Positions 26,966 to 36,228 of a stretch of DNA of 64,000 bases are shown piece by piece. The position numbers were made by a program, and so were the translations under genes. The notes under the pieces were generated by a model, which saw nothing but the letters and a program-made list of their open reading frames with translations, was not told the DNA's origin and ran no database searches. This DNA is from a virus, in the IMG/VR virus record IMGVR_UViG_3300038443_001768; one strand, given 5' to 3'. How positions within the stretch are numbered: position 1 is the first letter of the stretch; each line of letters starts with the position of its first letter.

Positions 26966-26978
26966 GTGCGAGCTATCC
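26920..26978 (+). repeat. 59-bp hairpin-GAGCTATCC element
   Basis: 58/59 identical to 22247-22305. Confidence 0.92.
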
Positions 26979-27003
26979 AAGCCCTACAACTAAAGGAACA
27001 CCT

Positions 27004-27216
27004 ATGCCTGTCGTTCACTTCACATCCTCAGACTCCTTCATGGAGTTAGACAATCGCGCCGCGCTGACCGCTGACGTCGAGGTCGTCGACTACGTCGAGG
27101 CCACCTACTGCGCCCTCCGCACGGGTCCCGACGGCGTCACCATCGCCGTCTACGAGGGCGGCGCATGGGAACTGCCGGACGGCCGCCGGTTCTCCGATTG
27201 GGCCGTCCGGGTCTAG
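27004..27216 (+). CDS. Hypothetical protein
   Basis: AAAGGA RBS. Confidence 0.75.
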   Translation: MPVVHFTSSDSFMELDNRAALTADVEVVDYVEATYCALRTGPDGVTIAVYEGGAWELPDGRRFSDWAVRV

Positions 27217-27225
27217 GACATCAAC

Positions 27226-27618
27226 ATGATCGTCAACGGCACCACCTACCACGACCGCACCGACGAACGTGTCATCGCGGCCCTTGAGTGGGCGCGCGCG
27301 CGCCGCGTCCGTATCCGGGTCCACTACGGAACCACCGTGACCTCGATGCCCGCCTCGCTGGGCTCGCCTGTCGGGTCTGATTGGGGCGACACGTATCACG
27401 TCGAGGGCTACGTCGGGCGCTCCACCGGCAACGAGAAGATTCCATTGTTGGTCAACAACGCTCGATCCACAGGCGGCCCCGCGATCCTCGACGACTGCAT
27501 CGTCAGGGTCCGTATGGCGAACCGCTCCGAGGGTGGCGATATCTACCGCCACCCCTCATACTGTCCCCCGCCGCGTGGCGACTTCGACGAGAAGACCTAC
27601 AACCGACATTTCGCCTAA
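27226..27618 (+). CDS. Conserved early phage protein
   Basis: GTTYH...RIRVHYG...GYVGRSTG..KIPLL..NARSTGGPAILDDCIV. Confidence 0.85.
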   Translation: MIVNGTTYHDRTDERVIAALEWARARRVRIRVHYGTTVTSMPASLGSPVGSDWGDTYHVEGYVGRSTGNEKIPLLVNNARSTGGPAILDDCIVRVRMANRSEGGDIYRHPSYCPPPRGDFDEKTYNRHFA

Positions 27619-27620
27619 GC

Positions 27621-27881
27621 ATGCCTACTACTCAGGAAATTCAAGCTGCTCGCGACGGCCTGCGGCGGCTCGCGCGGGTCATCAACCACGCGGCCGACGA
27701 ACTGCACCTTGCGTCGCTGTGCTCGTTGACCATCGACCGAAACCCCAACGACGACAACCTGCGAGATGATCAGCGCCGCTCAATCGACCATCACGTCGCG
27801 GCGGCGCGCGGCGTCATCGAGACCCAGCCGCCCCTGTACGCGTACGCGCTGTTCACGCTTCTATCCAAGCACGGACTCTAA
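27621..27881 (+). CDS. Hypothetical protein
   Basis: ORF in operon. Confidence 0.65.
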   Translation: MPTTQEIQAARDGLRRLARVINHAADELHLASLCSLTIDRNPNDDNLRDDQRRSIDHHVAAARGVIETQPPLYAYALFTLLSKHGL

Positions 27882-27890
27882 GGACCCTAC

Positions 27891-28550
27891 ATGACCAAGA
27901 TCATCAACAAGCTCTTCGGCCGCTTCAAGGAGCAGCCGCTTTGGAGCGACGAGTCCTCGAACCAGCGCTGGTCAATTGGGCCGATCAAGTTGGAGTACAA
28001 GCCGAGCGTTGGTCTGACGTGGTGGCTCGGCAAGGGGTCGTCGCTAACCCTGGGCCGACGCCCTGGGTTCAAAGCTCTGGTCCCGGTGTGGGTGCCGGTC
28101 TTGCTCCCGGTGCGGCTGCGCATCTTCCACCGCGACGGCGTCACAGTGACGCTGCGCTTGCGTCGCCCGTACCTGACGCGCTGGGTGCTCTGCGTCGGCA
28201 CCTGGGCCTACGACGGCGGCGGGCGGCTCGCCAGGGGGCCTGAGTTCTACCGGCGCGTGGTGCTGACGTGGTGGCGGGTCACTCACCGCCCGCAGAGCGA
28301 CTACTACATCAAGCCCTGGTACGGCTACGGTGCGGACGGGCTGGAGTTGTTGTTCAGAGACCGCGAGGCACGCAAGGCCTCCAACGCTCCATTCAAGACC
28401 GACCCAGGTGTCGACTATCCCCGCGTAGAGCGCATCTGCCAGTTCCCGTGGGGATCGACGCCGCCGCGCGGATTCCCGCTCCGCATGGGTGTCCTGGACG
28501 GGTTCCGAGACTGGCGTCAGACCAAGTACTACAAGAAGGTGGCGGCATGA
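27891..28550 (+). CDS. Basic Trp-rich hypothetical protein
   Basis: AAGGA RBS. Confidence 0.7.
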   Translation: MTKIINKLFGRFKEQPLWSDESSNQRWSIGPIKLEYKPSVGLTWWLGKGSSLTLGRRPGFKALVPVWVPVLLPVRLRIFHRDGVTVTLRLRRPYLTRWVLCVGTWAYDGGGRLARGPEFYRRVVLTWWRVTHRPQSDYYIKPWYGYGADGLELLFRDREARKASNAPFKTDPGVDYPRVERICQFPWGSTPPRGFPLRMGVLDGFRDWRQTKYYKKVAA

Positions 28551-28804
28551 CCATCAACCCCATCATCTACGACGCCGACGACTGGCGAGTCATCCGAATC
28601 AATCCGATCGACTTCCGGGTCGAGCGGCACTACAAGGGAACCGACCACGTGGACTCAGCGCTGGTGTCGCTGCGCGAGACCGTGCATCCTGGCCTGCGCG
28701 AGTTCATCGTCGTGCGCGGTCCGTTCTACAGCTATCAACTGCCCGCCGAGCTTGCGCGAGCCATGTGGCATGCAGTCACGCACGGCCTCGGCATCAGACT
28801 CTAA
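28547..28804 (+). CDS. Hypothetical protein
   Basis: ATGA overlap. Confidence 0.7.
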   Translation: MTINPIIYDADDWRVIRINPIDFRVERHYKGTDHVDSALVSLRETVHPGLREFIVVRGPFYSYQLPAELARAMWHAVTHGLGIRL

Positions 28805-28815
28805 GGAGAAACAAC

Positions 28816-29349
28816 ATGTACCGCATGCAGCGCCGCTACGTCAGCAACCCCAACTACGAGCACGCGCTGGCCGTCTTCGCGGACGGTCTGCTCCGCAACA
28901 ACGACTACGACCGTCAGCTATGCGGGGCGGTCCTCCACGGCGGCTCCGATCGGTTCGGCTCGGACGTCTTCGACATCGTCGACCCCAACGTGGTACCGGA
29001 CCATTTCGTGCTCGGTCCGATCTTCGTCGGGCTGGGCTCCGACACGGACTGCGACGGCACCACCTACCACGCCGTCAAGATCGACGCCGACAACCTGCGC
29101 GACGCGCTGATCCAGGCGGACGAGTACCCGCACGTCTACAAGGTCATCACGCTTCGCGAGGCCGACGATGACGACATCTGGGAGGACGGCCGGAAGCCGG
29201 GCTGGGACGAGCGCGCCTACTTCCTCCAGGAGGGCTACGCCTCGTTGGGCGCGGATTGGAACCCGTGGGTCTACGACGACTCGCTCGGCACGGTGCTCGA
29301 TCACACCAACGACGTTCCGGTCATCAACGATGACGACCTCTACTACTGA
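28816..29349 (+). CDS. Acidic hypothetical protein
   Basis: AAGGAG RBS. Confidence 0.75.
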   Translation: MYRMQRRYVSNPNYEHALAVFADGLLRNNDYDRQLCGAVLHGGSDRFGSDVFDIVDPNVVPDHFVLGPIFVGLGSDTDCDGTTYHAVKIDADNLRDALIQADEYPHVYKVITLREADDDDIWEDGRKPGWDERAYFLQEGYASLGADWNPWVYDDSLGTVLDHTNDVPVINDDDLYY

Positions 29350-29362
29350 GAGGAGCTATCCG

Positions 29363-29572
29363 ATGTTGAACAACGAGTACATCATGTTCTTGGTCAAAAC
29401 TCGCCTGACCCAGGACTGCGACGACGTCGTGCTCGTCAAGGCGCGCGACCGTGAGGACGCCAAGCGGCAGGCGTTGCCGTTTCTCGGCCACTACGCCAAC
29501 GAATACGTGGTCGAGCCGTTGACGCGAAGGACGGACAACGTCATCGTCAGTCTCAGCTTCGCCCTCTCCTAG
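29363..29572 (+). CDS. Hypothetical protein
   Basis: GAGGAG-CTATCC RBS. Confidence 0.7.
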   Translation: MLNNEYIMFLVKTRLTQDCDDVVLVKARDREDAKRQALPFLGHYANEYVVEPLTRRTDNVIVSLSFALS

Positions 29573-29634
29573 AAAGGACATCATGTACAACGCATTCGTC
29601 ATCTATCGAGACCGCATGGAAAGAGAGGCTCAGC

Positions 29635-29895
29635 ATGGCCGATGAGTACGAAGACGATAAGAGAATCCTCCTCGTCGAGGACACCAAGACACAACTCATC
29701 GATGCGCTGGCCGACCTGATGCTGATCCATGGCGGCGACGGCTCGAAGGTCCAAGACGAGATTGAGCGCGCCTGGTCGTCAGCGCACCGCCACTACGAGG
29801 CCGAGAAGGACGGCGACTCCGAGGGCTTCACGCTCATGGTGTGCGCGCAGGACGGCAGCCGCTCGGTTCCGCTGCGCGAGTGGGTGACGCGATGA
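29635..29895 (+). CDS. Hypothetical protein
   Basis: LIDALADLM...AHRHYEAE. Confidence 0.7.
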   Translation: MADEYEDDKRILLVEDTKTQLIDALADLMLIHGGDGSKVQDEIERAWSSAHRHYEAEKDGDSEGFTLMVCAQDGSRSVPLREWVTR

Positions 29896-30263
29896 CCGGC
29901 CGACAGATCGGCACCGTCGAAATCCTGCGTCTCAGGATCTACAACATCGACCCCGACGACGAGTACTCGGACGAGGTCGCGGTCGAGCCGGGCGAGTGCC
30001 CCGTCCTCGTCGAGGACGGCGTCTACTTCTGGCGCATGAGGGGCCGCCTCAGTCGCCGCGTCGGTGCTGACGTCGCGGCGCTCGGCGATGGAATGTTCAT
30101 GGTCTCGCCAGGCGTTGACGTTCAGGTCGGCGACGAGATTGAGTTCTCGTCGCGTCGGTTCTCCGCCGATGAGTTCCAGGCGCTGCTCAGCGACGACGTT
30201 TGTCGCGAGGGTGACACCTCTCAGCGCCTGCGTTTCAACATCAAGGAGGGGTATCTGCGATGA
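29892..30263 (+). CDS. Hypothetical protein
   Basis: ATGA overlap. Confidence 0.7.
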   Translation: MTGRQIGTVEILRLRIYNIDPDDEYSDEVAVEPGECPVLVEDGVYFWRMRGRLSRRVGADVAALGDGMFMVSPGVDVQVGDEIEFSSRRFSADEFQALLSDDVCREGDTSQRLRFNIKEGYLR

Positions 30264-30454
30264 GACGCGTCAGGATCGAAGTCACCGAGTACTACATCAT
30301 CGATATCGGCGAGGAAAACGACGGCACGGACGCCGTCCTGGAACTCGACGAGATGGACTCAGACGATCGTGCCGCCGCCTACCAAGAGCGGTACGTCAGG
30401 GTCTTCGATGACAACACTGGCGGCGAGTTGCCGGTCGATCGGACGGTCGTGTGA
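30260..30454 (+). CDS. Acidic hypothetical protein
   Basis: ATGA overlap. Confidence 0.7.
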   Translation: MRRVRIEVTEYYIIDIGEENDGTDAVLELDEMDSDDRAAAYQERYVRVFDDNTGGELPVDRTVV

Positions 30455-30723
30455 TGCTGCTGACGTTCTCCGTGTACTCCGCGGAGCCCTACCCAATCAA
30501 CGAGTCGTGGTATACGCTCGAAGAGGCTATCGAGGCCGAGTCCCACACCGTCGCCGCTGAGGCAAACGCGGATCACATCCCGGACCCGTCCGAGGACACG
30601 CGCGAGGCTTTCCGGCTGGAGGTCGTGCATGCCGCTACGGCGGCGTTGCAGCGGCCGGGCGACACCTACCGTGACCCGCTCGGGGTCGTGTGGTCGCTGG
30701 TCGAAGACCGCTCCCGAACCTAA
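30451..30723 (+). CDS. Hypothetical protein
   Basis: Coupled ORF. Confidence 0.7.
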   Translation: MMLLTFSVYSAEPYPINESWYTLEEAIEAESHTVAAEANADHIPDPSEDTREAFRLEVVHAATAALQRPGDTYRDPLGVVWSLVEDRSRT

Positions 30724-30738
30724 CGAAAGGACACCAAG

Positions 30739-30933
30739 ATGAGCACCAAGTACGACGCCTACGTGGAGGCCATCAATCGCGCCGACGAGGCGATGCAGGA
30801 GGCGTTGCGCGTCTTGCCTCAAGACGCCAGCGAGCTATCCGTGCTGGTCACGAACGGAACGTTCCGTGACGTCCGTGCGACGCTCACGATGGCCTACGGG
30901 CTCCAGAGGGAGGCCCAGGATGGGACTCGCTGA
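30739..30933 (+). CDS. Hypothetical protein
   Basis: AAAGGA RBS. Confidence 0.7.
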   Translation: MSTKYDAYVEAINRADEAMQEALRVLPQDASELSVLVTNGTFRDVRATLTMAYGLQREAQDGTR

Positions 30934-31108
30934 CATCGCCGCCCGCCTGGCGGCGTACGAGAACGAGGAACTCTCCTACGACGAGGAGGTCGAGTTGTTC
31001 CAGGAGTTGCTGGACACCGACGTGATCTACCATCTCCAGGGCTCGTACGGGCGCCGGATGCAGGAACTGATCGAGGAAGGGAAAGTGCGTGTCGCAGGAG
31101 GTAGCTGA
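30920..31108 (+). CDS. DUF7417-like small phage protein
   Basis: AYENEEL...ELFQELLDT...LQGSYGR...LIEEG. Confidence 0.8.
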   Translation: MGLADIAARLAAYENEELSYDEEVELFQELLDTDVIYHLQGSYGRRMQELIEEGKVRVAGGS

Positions 31109-31418
31109 GGTCGTCGTGTGGATCGAGACGCCGATCGACACCATCAAGTACACCATCAGAGGGATCGCCCGGAATGATGGAGCGCCCCTGGGTGGCGTCT
31201 ATGTCGAGCGCGAGACCGACGGCGGCGTCGATCAGGCGCAGGCCGAGGTCGTCCAGCACGGGCCTAGGCTTCTCCTGGACTTCATCCAAGGCTGGCTCAG
31301 CGAGAGCATCATCGATGATGACGACGAGCACGACCGGCGGTGGAATCAGCGCCCGGTGGGCCTATGGTCGCTGATCTGGCGGGCCTGGATGGACGCTGCG
31401 GGGGCGCCCACGGCGTGA
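31089..31418 (+). CDS. Hypothetical protein
   Basis: ORF in operon. Confidence 0.65.
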   Translation: MSQEVAEVVVWIETPIDTIKYTIRGIARNDGAPLGGVYVERETDGGVDQAQAEVVQHGPRLLLDFIQGWLSESIIDDDDEHDRRWNQRPVGLWSLIWRAWMDAAGAPTA

Positions 31419-31507
31419 GAGTTGTCCGGTATCTAGTCGAGCACATCGCGATCTGCGCAGGTTTCGTGAACGGAACCAGGCACTTCAACGAACGAAAGGA
31501 CTGAGCA

Positions 31508-31873
31508 ATGATGAGACTTGAGGAAACCATCACGGTGGAGCGAACTGGCCGCTCCATCGCCTACCGAGGCAGCTACCGAGGCGGCGTCCTCACCATCATC
31601 GACCATCGCGGGTACGTGATGACTCCCGAGGAGTTGGGCTACGCGGTCGGCGACGAGGCATATGAGAGGTCCCTGAGCCTGCGTCGTAAGCGCGCGCTCG
31701 AACTCTGCAAGCTCATCTTCGGTGGCTTCGTTGCCGACGAGGAACGCGGTGACGACCAGGCCTCGTACTACGCGACCCGACTTCACCGCTTCCACCTGCG
31801 CGGTGTCGACCGCACCGAGCAGGGCGTACGCTGGGTGTGGGAGTACGAGACCTTCTCCCCCTACACGGACTGA
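31508..31873 (+). CDS. Hypothetical protein
   Basis: AAAGGA RBS. Confidence 0.7.
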   Translation: MMRLEETITVERTGRSIAYRGSYRGGVLTIIDHRGYVMTPEELGYAVGDEAYERSLSLRRKRALELCKLIFGGFVADEERGDDQASYYATRLHRFHLRGVDRTEQGVRWVWEYETFSPYTD

Positions 31874-32049
31874 TGATCGTTCTCGGCATTTTCTGCGTCG
31901 TCGTGGCGAGCGGGGCGCTGATCCTCGCAGGCGACGCATTCGTGCGTTCGGTCGATGATCTCAATCCCGTGCCGCGTGTCCTTGCTGCGCTGGCCCTGTC
32001 TGGGCTATGCGCGATCTTCATCTACCTGGCCGCGCTGTGCTTGGCTTGA
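31873..32049 (+). CDS. Small two-TM membrane protein
   Basis: Two hydrophobic segments; TGATG overlap. Confidence 0.7.
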   Translation: MIVLGIFCVVVASGALILAGDAFVRSVDDLNPVPRVLAALALSGLCAIFIYLAALCLA

Positions 32050-32074
32050 CACAACCAACGGAAAGGAATAAGGT
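32046..32074 (+). promoter_or_regulatory. Sigma70-type promoter
   Basis: TTGACA-N17-TAAGGT-N7-ATG. Confidence 0.7.
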
Positions 32075-32081
32075 ACTCACC

Positions 32082-32414
32082 ATGACGACCTGGAACCCTG
32101 TCATCGATCTGCCCAGCGGCCACCGCGTCTTCGCTGGAGGCGGGCGGTTCGCCGTCGCCGACGAGTCCGGCTCGTGGCCACATCTCACCGATGACGGCGT
32201 GCTGTGGCTGGACTTCGACCGCCCGCTCACGCTGGGCGAGGAGGCCAGCGAATTCGTGCCGCGCGACCGCGTCATGCCAATGATCCCGCTGAAGCGCGAG
32301 GACGGAACCGAAACCCGCACCGTCGCTGACGCGGCTTCGATCGTGGCGTTGTCGCTGCGCTTCGATTGGGGCATCAACGTGCGGGGGACGCTGTTGAGGG
32401 CGGTGCGCGCATGA
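32082..32414 (+). CDS. Hypothetical protein
   Basis: FAVADESG...TDDGVLWLD. Confidence 0.7.
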   Translation: MTTWNPVIDLPSGHRVFAGGGRFAVADESGSWPHLTDDGVLWLDFDRPLTLGEEASEFVPRDRVMPMIPLKREDGTETRTVADAASIVALSLRFDWGINVRGTLLRAVRA

Positions 32415-32590
32415 GCAGCAACGACGCCATCAACCGGGTCGCCCTGGCGCTGCGCGCGGCGTGTTGCGCGCATCCCGACCAGCGGGTGATGCAGGTACTG
32501 GTCAACGCATGCTGTGGTGTTGACCCGTTCTATCTCGAAGACAGCGAAGCCGAGCAGGCGCTGCGCGCATACGCTGAGAAGGCCGAGTAG
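32411..32590 (+). CDS. Small phage protein
   Basis: PDQRVMQVLVN...DPFYLED pattern. Confidence 0.7.
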   Translation: MSSNDAINRVALALRAACCAHPDQRVMQVLVNACCGVDPFYLEDSEAEQALRAYAEKAE

Positions 32591-32601
32591 GAGCTATCCA
32601 T

Positions 32602-33006
32602 ATGCTGATGAGTTTCGGACTCCGCCTCACCGGCTACTACGGCGACTCGCCCGCCGAGGAAGGCGGCTACGACGGCTACCGCGTCATCAAGTCCATCAAC
32701 TTCTCACTACCGATGGTCGAACCCGGTGATGTCGACGCAGCCATCGACGCCGTCAACGTCGAGGAGAAGGCGCTCTCGCAGATCGACTCGTTCATCTCGT
32801 GGTGGGTGACTGCTGAGCGTTTCGAGTGCTACACGCTGATCGAAACGGAGCGCCAGCGGTCGTTCTTTCGCTACGAACTTCTGCGCGCTCTGACCCACGC
32901 ACTGGACGGAACCGATGACAGCTGCGTCTTGTACCGCTACGAGATGACAGACGAGTCGTGTTTCGTGTCGACACTGCGCCTCTACAACACCACAGACGAT
33001 GCCTGA
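32602..33006 (+). CDS. Hypothetical protein
   Basis: AGGAG-CTATCC RBS. Confidence 0.7.
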   Translation: MLMSFGLRLTGYYGDSPAEEGGYDGYRVIKSINFSLPMVEPGDVDAAIDAVNVEEKALSQIDSFISWWVTAERFECYTLIETERQRSFFRYELLRALTHALDGTDDSCVLYRYEMTDESCFVSTLRLYNTTDDA

Positions 33007-33436
33007 TCGACGCACCCGACTCAACGACCTCGTCAATGTCTACCATCGCCGCCATTACGGCGACTACGACGACATGTACGAGGACTTCGAGCAGACCTAT
33101 CTCGCCGAAGACCACGACGAGAGTCTCCCGATCCCCCGGTACGCGTCTATCGCGGGTGACGAGACTTACGGGAAGATCACACTGTTCGATGACATCAACG
33201 AGGCGCTCGCCGATCAGGCCGCAACCAGCGACAACGGTGAGTACCTCAACGTCCCGGAAGGAATCATCGACCTCGACACCGGCGACGAGGTCGAGACCGT
33301 GACGCGCACATTCCTGAAGGCTGACTACGACCGCCTGCGTGCGGCGTTCGACGAGTCGTCGCCCGACGACGTCGGCAGGGCCACCAAGATCGTCGCCATC
33401 GCCGACGACATGTTCAACAGAAAGGACAACACATGA
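32999..33436 (+). CDS. Acidic hypothetical protein
   Basis: Coupled ORF. Confidence 0.7.
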   Translation: MPDRRTRLNDLVNVYHRRHYGDYDDMYEDFEQTYLAEDHDESLPIPRYASIAGDETYGKITLFDDINEALADQAATSDNGEYLNVPEGIIDLDTGDEVETVTRTFLKADYDRLRAAFDESSPDDVGRATKIVAIADDMFNRKDNT

Positions 33437-33969
33437 TCACCGCCATCGAAGCCACGGAGGAGCACATCGAGCAGGCCCTCGACGCGCTCAACAAGATGTC
33501 CCTCATCGTCCGCAATGACATGCTCATGCGGGGCGAATACCTGACGCCCGATATCGTCGATTACGAACTCGCCAAGAAGGGCGCGATCTGCGGAGGGCAC
33601 AAGGCCTGCGCCGTGGGGTCGCTCTATCTCGCCGCCGGGGTTCGCCGCGAGCGTCGCGAATTGGCCTGGTCGCTGCCCGGAGCCTACCCGCACGAGCGCC
33701 CGTACTTCATGGCCAGTCGCCCCGCGTTGCGTGTCGCCTATGAGGCGCTCAACGCAGCCGCTGAGCGATACTGCGGGCGGCATGGTATCGACCTCGACAA
33801 CTACACCCGCTACGACGCCATGACCAACGAGGCCGGGATGTTGGAACGCCTCTTCGAGGCCACCTACGTCGGCACCGACGACGTCGTCATCGACGCGGCG
33901 GTCGAGCTTCCCAAGATCATCAACAGCGCTAAGCGCGCGCTGCGTCGTCAGGCTGCGCTCGCGGCCTGA
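33433..33969 (+). CDS. Hypothetical protein
   Basis: CAVGSL motif; AAAGGA RBS. Confidence 0.75.
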   Translation: MITAIEATEEHIEQALDALNKMSLIVRNDMLMRGEYLTPDIVDYELAKKGAICGGHKACAVGSLYLAAGVRRERRELAWSLPGAYPHERPYFMASRPALRVAYEALNAAAERYCGRHGIDLDNYTRYDAMTNEAGMLERLFEATYVGTDDVVIDAAVELPKIINSAKRALRRQAALAA

Positions 33970-33999
33970 TCTACACCAACAACGAGAGGATCATCCCGC

Positions 34000-34317
34000 A
34001 TGCACAAGATCATCAACAACAAGTCCCCGCGTCCCGGCCAGCCGAACCCGTACATCGAGCGGAGTCTCGACGTGCTGACCAAGCTGTGTGCGTCGGCAAC
34101 GCCTCAGACGCGCGAGGCGCTCGAACTGTCCACGTTCCGGGCGCTGTCGCTGCTGGAGAACAAGCTCATCAAGCGGGTTGCCGTTCACCACACGGGTCAG
34201 GCCGGGCGGCCGGCGTACCTGTACGCGCCGACCGCCAAGGCGCGCCGAGCCGTGGAGGACCGGCTCCGCAGCGGGCGCATCGTGCGTCGGGGGCGTCGCC
34301 TGGTGGTGGTGTCGTGA
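34000..34317 (+). CDS. Winged-helix DNA-binding protein (putative)
   Basis: STFRALSLLENKLIKR...GRPAYLYAPTAK. Confidence 0.65.
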   Translation: MHKIINNKSPRPGQPNPYIERSLDVLTKLCASATPQTREALELSTFRALSLLENKLIKRVAVHHTGQAGRPAYLYAPTAKARRAVEDRLRSGRIVRRGRRLVVVS

Positions 34318-34685
34318 CAGGCTCGACGTTCCCAGAACAAAGCGGAGGCGACGCCTTCGACTTTCTCGTCCACGATCGCATCACCATCTGCGCGCGCTGC
34401 GGGTACGCGGCCTGGCGCGACGGTTACCCCTGCAACCGCTGCGGCGGCCTGGAGCCCCGGGTCTACGTACCGCTCTCGGAAGTCTCCGCTTTGCTGGGGG
34501 ATCAGGCCCACCCCGACTGGTCCGACTACGTCGCCACGAACCTCCTCGATGCGCTTGAGCAGGTCCCAGACACGGGCGACTGGCACGGCGCGCTGCGGGC
34601 GTGGTGCGGCGCTCGGATCAGCGGCAAGCTCGCGCCGAACCGGACAGGCGCATCAGGCCAGAAGGGCAGGCCGAGCGATGCATGA
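34314..34685 (+). CDS. Zn-ribbon hypothetical protein
   Basis: CARC...CNRC; GTGA overlap. Confidence 0.65.
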   Translation: MTGSTFPEQSGGDAFDFLVHDRITICARCGYAAWRDGYPCNRCGGLEPRVYVPLSEVSALLGDQAHPDWSDYVATNLLDALEQVPDTGDWHGALRAWCGARISGKLAPNRTGASGQKGRPSDA

Positions 34686-34911
34686 TCCGCACGACTACAC
34701 GATTGAGGTGTGCCGTGTTTGCGGAGCGCAACTCAGCCTCTACGGGAACGGGCGGTGTCCAGTCGATCGCGCGCACTGGCGAGTCGGCGGCATGGCACGT
34801 CGTCGCGCGGCCTGAAGCTCAGCAGGATCGGCACTATGGCGCGGCCGTGATCTCGCCCGAGGCGAAGACATTCGCGGCTCCCACGTTGGCCGACAACCAG
34901 GAGGAGGAGCA

Positions 34912-35274
34912 ATGAAGGTCTACAACTACAAGGATGGTGTTCGGCGCGCCGTTGTGCGCGTCGAGCATCACATCGATTTCAACTGGCTCGTCTGGACCGC
35001 AGCCAACCTCATCGATGGCGTCGTCGACGCTGGCGATGACGATGTGGTCGAGCAGGTCGAGGAGGCAGCCGCGGAGTTGACCCGCCGTGATGTCGAGCGG
35101 CGGCTTCGTAGTAACCTCGCGCTGGACGGCGAGGGATGGATCGATTTCCAGGACGAGCGAATCAGCCTTGCCGCCGAGACCTGGGACGGCCACTTCGACT
35201 ACAACGAGGAGATCGTGCCGCTGTTGGTGGCGCGCCTCCAGACCTTGTTCCCTGAGTTCAAGGAGCCAACATGA
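34912..35274 (+). CDS. Hypothetical protein
   Basis: GGAGGAG RBS. Confidence 0.75.
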   Translation: MKVYNYKDGVRRAVVRVEHHIDFNWLVWTAANLIDGVVDAGDDDVVEQVEEAAAELTRRDVERRLRSNLALDGEGWIDFQDERISLAAETWDGHFDYNEEIVPLLVARLQTLFPEFKEPT

Positions 35275-35609
35275 GGCGCTCGCTGTTGTTTTGGTTGTTG
35301 TTGGTCGCGGCTGTCTTTTGTTTCGTGATGGCGGCGGTGGTCTACGTGCGTGATCACCGAACGACCATCACTGTGTCTTCGGATGAGCGCGTGCCAGCAC
35401 TGAGCCAGGCGCTGGCGAAGCGGGCCGCGCCACTTCCTGAGCGCCTCGCGTACTGCGATTTCATGCGTCCGTTCGGTACGTTTATGTCGAACACGCAAAT
35501 CATGTGCTGGGAACGAGCGCTCGATTGGCGGCGTACATGGCCTCAGGTGAAGGTCCTGTGCCGCCGTCGTGGGCTCGTATGCTGGCAGAGGAGGCTGCGG
35601 GACAGATGA
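35271..35609 (+). CDS. Membrane-anchored hypothetical protein
   Basis: N-terminal TM helix. Confidence 0.7.
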   Translation: MRRSLLFWLLLVAAVFCFVMAAVVYVRDHRTTITVSSDERVPALSQALAKRAAPLPERLAYCDFMRPFGTFMSNTQIMCWERALDWRRTWPQVKVLCRRRGLVCWQRRLRDR

Positions 35610-35983
35610 GCTATCCCAGAATCATCATTCTCAGCCTCGTCGGCCTCTTGCTGCTGCCTTCGTCGACGCTGGCGCAGCGGCACACACTGGGTCAGGGCGC
35701 GGCCGTATCCAACTACGGCGTCACAGTCGCTGGGCAGCAGACGTCACCTACAATGACGGTGATCTTCACGGGCCAGCAGCGGTATCCGCACGGACGATGG
35801 GTGCTGCGCTTCGCGCAGGTAGCGGCCGACGACACCAACATCGTATATGTGCCCGTGGCGGCACATCCATGTCCTGGGCCGTATTACGTTGTACACCTCA
35901 TAGGTGAACAGGCTGAGTGTTTCGCAGCCTTCACCGATACGATTCCAAAGGAGGTCATCGCATCGCTAAGACAGAACACGTGA
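35606..35983 (+). CDS. Secreted hypothetical protein
   Basis: Signal peptide ending TLA. Confidence 0.7.
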   Translation: MSYPRIIILSLVGLLLLPSSTLAQRHTLGQGAAVSNYGVTVAGQQTSPTMTVIFTGQQRYPHGRWVLRFAQVAADDTNIVYVPVAAHPCPGPYYVVHLIGEQAECFAAFTDTIPKEVIASLRQNT

Positions 35984-36228
35984 TCGGTCGATTCGCGGTC
36001 GTCCCAAACCACATCTATGGACCCTCCGTGATATGCCGCGGGTGGGGGCTGGTGGACTCCTGTCCGTCGGCGGAGTCGGCGGAGCGCATCGCCGCGGCCC
36101 TGAACGCGCTCATCGTAGACGCCGACGCGCTCACATACTCCTACGGCATACCTGAACTCAACGCCCTCGAAGAGCGCGAGAAGGACCGCGTGATTCGCGC
36201 ACTTGGTCGTTACATCAGAATGCGCTGA
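35980..36228 (+). CDS. Hypothetical protein
   Basis: GTGA overlap. Confidence 0.65.
   Translation: MIGRFAVVPNHIYGPSVICRGWGLVDSCPSAESAERIAAALNALIVDADALTYSYGIPELNALEEREKDRVIRALGRYIRMR

Noticed and set aside
20544-26978. CRISPR array or integron attC array
   Set aside because: Repeats are 9 bp or 59 bp with irregular, gene-sized spacing; no cas or integrase gene and no GTTRRRY/RYYYAAC ends
32605-32630. Hammerhead ribozyme core CTGATGAG
   Set aside because: Lies in a CDS start and lacks the downstream GAAA and stems
17342-33000. Amber (TAG) stop-codon recoding
   Set aside because: TAGs end recognisable complete proteins and are followed by an SD plus new starts; the enzyme genes are uninterrupted
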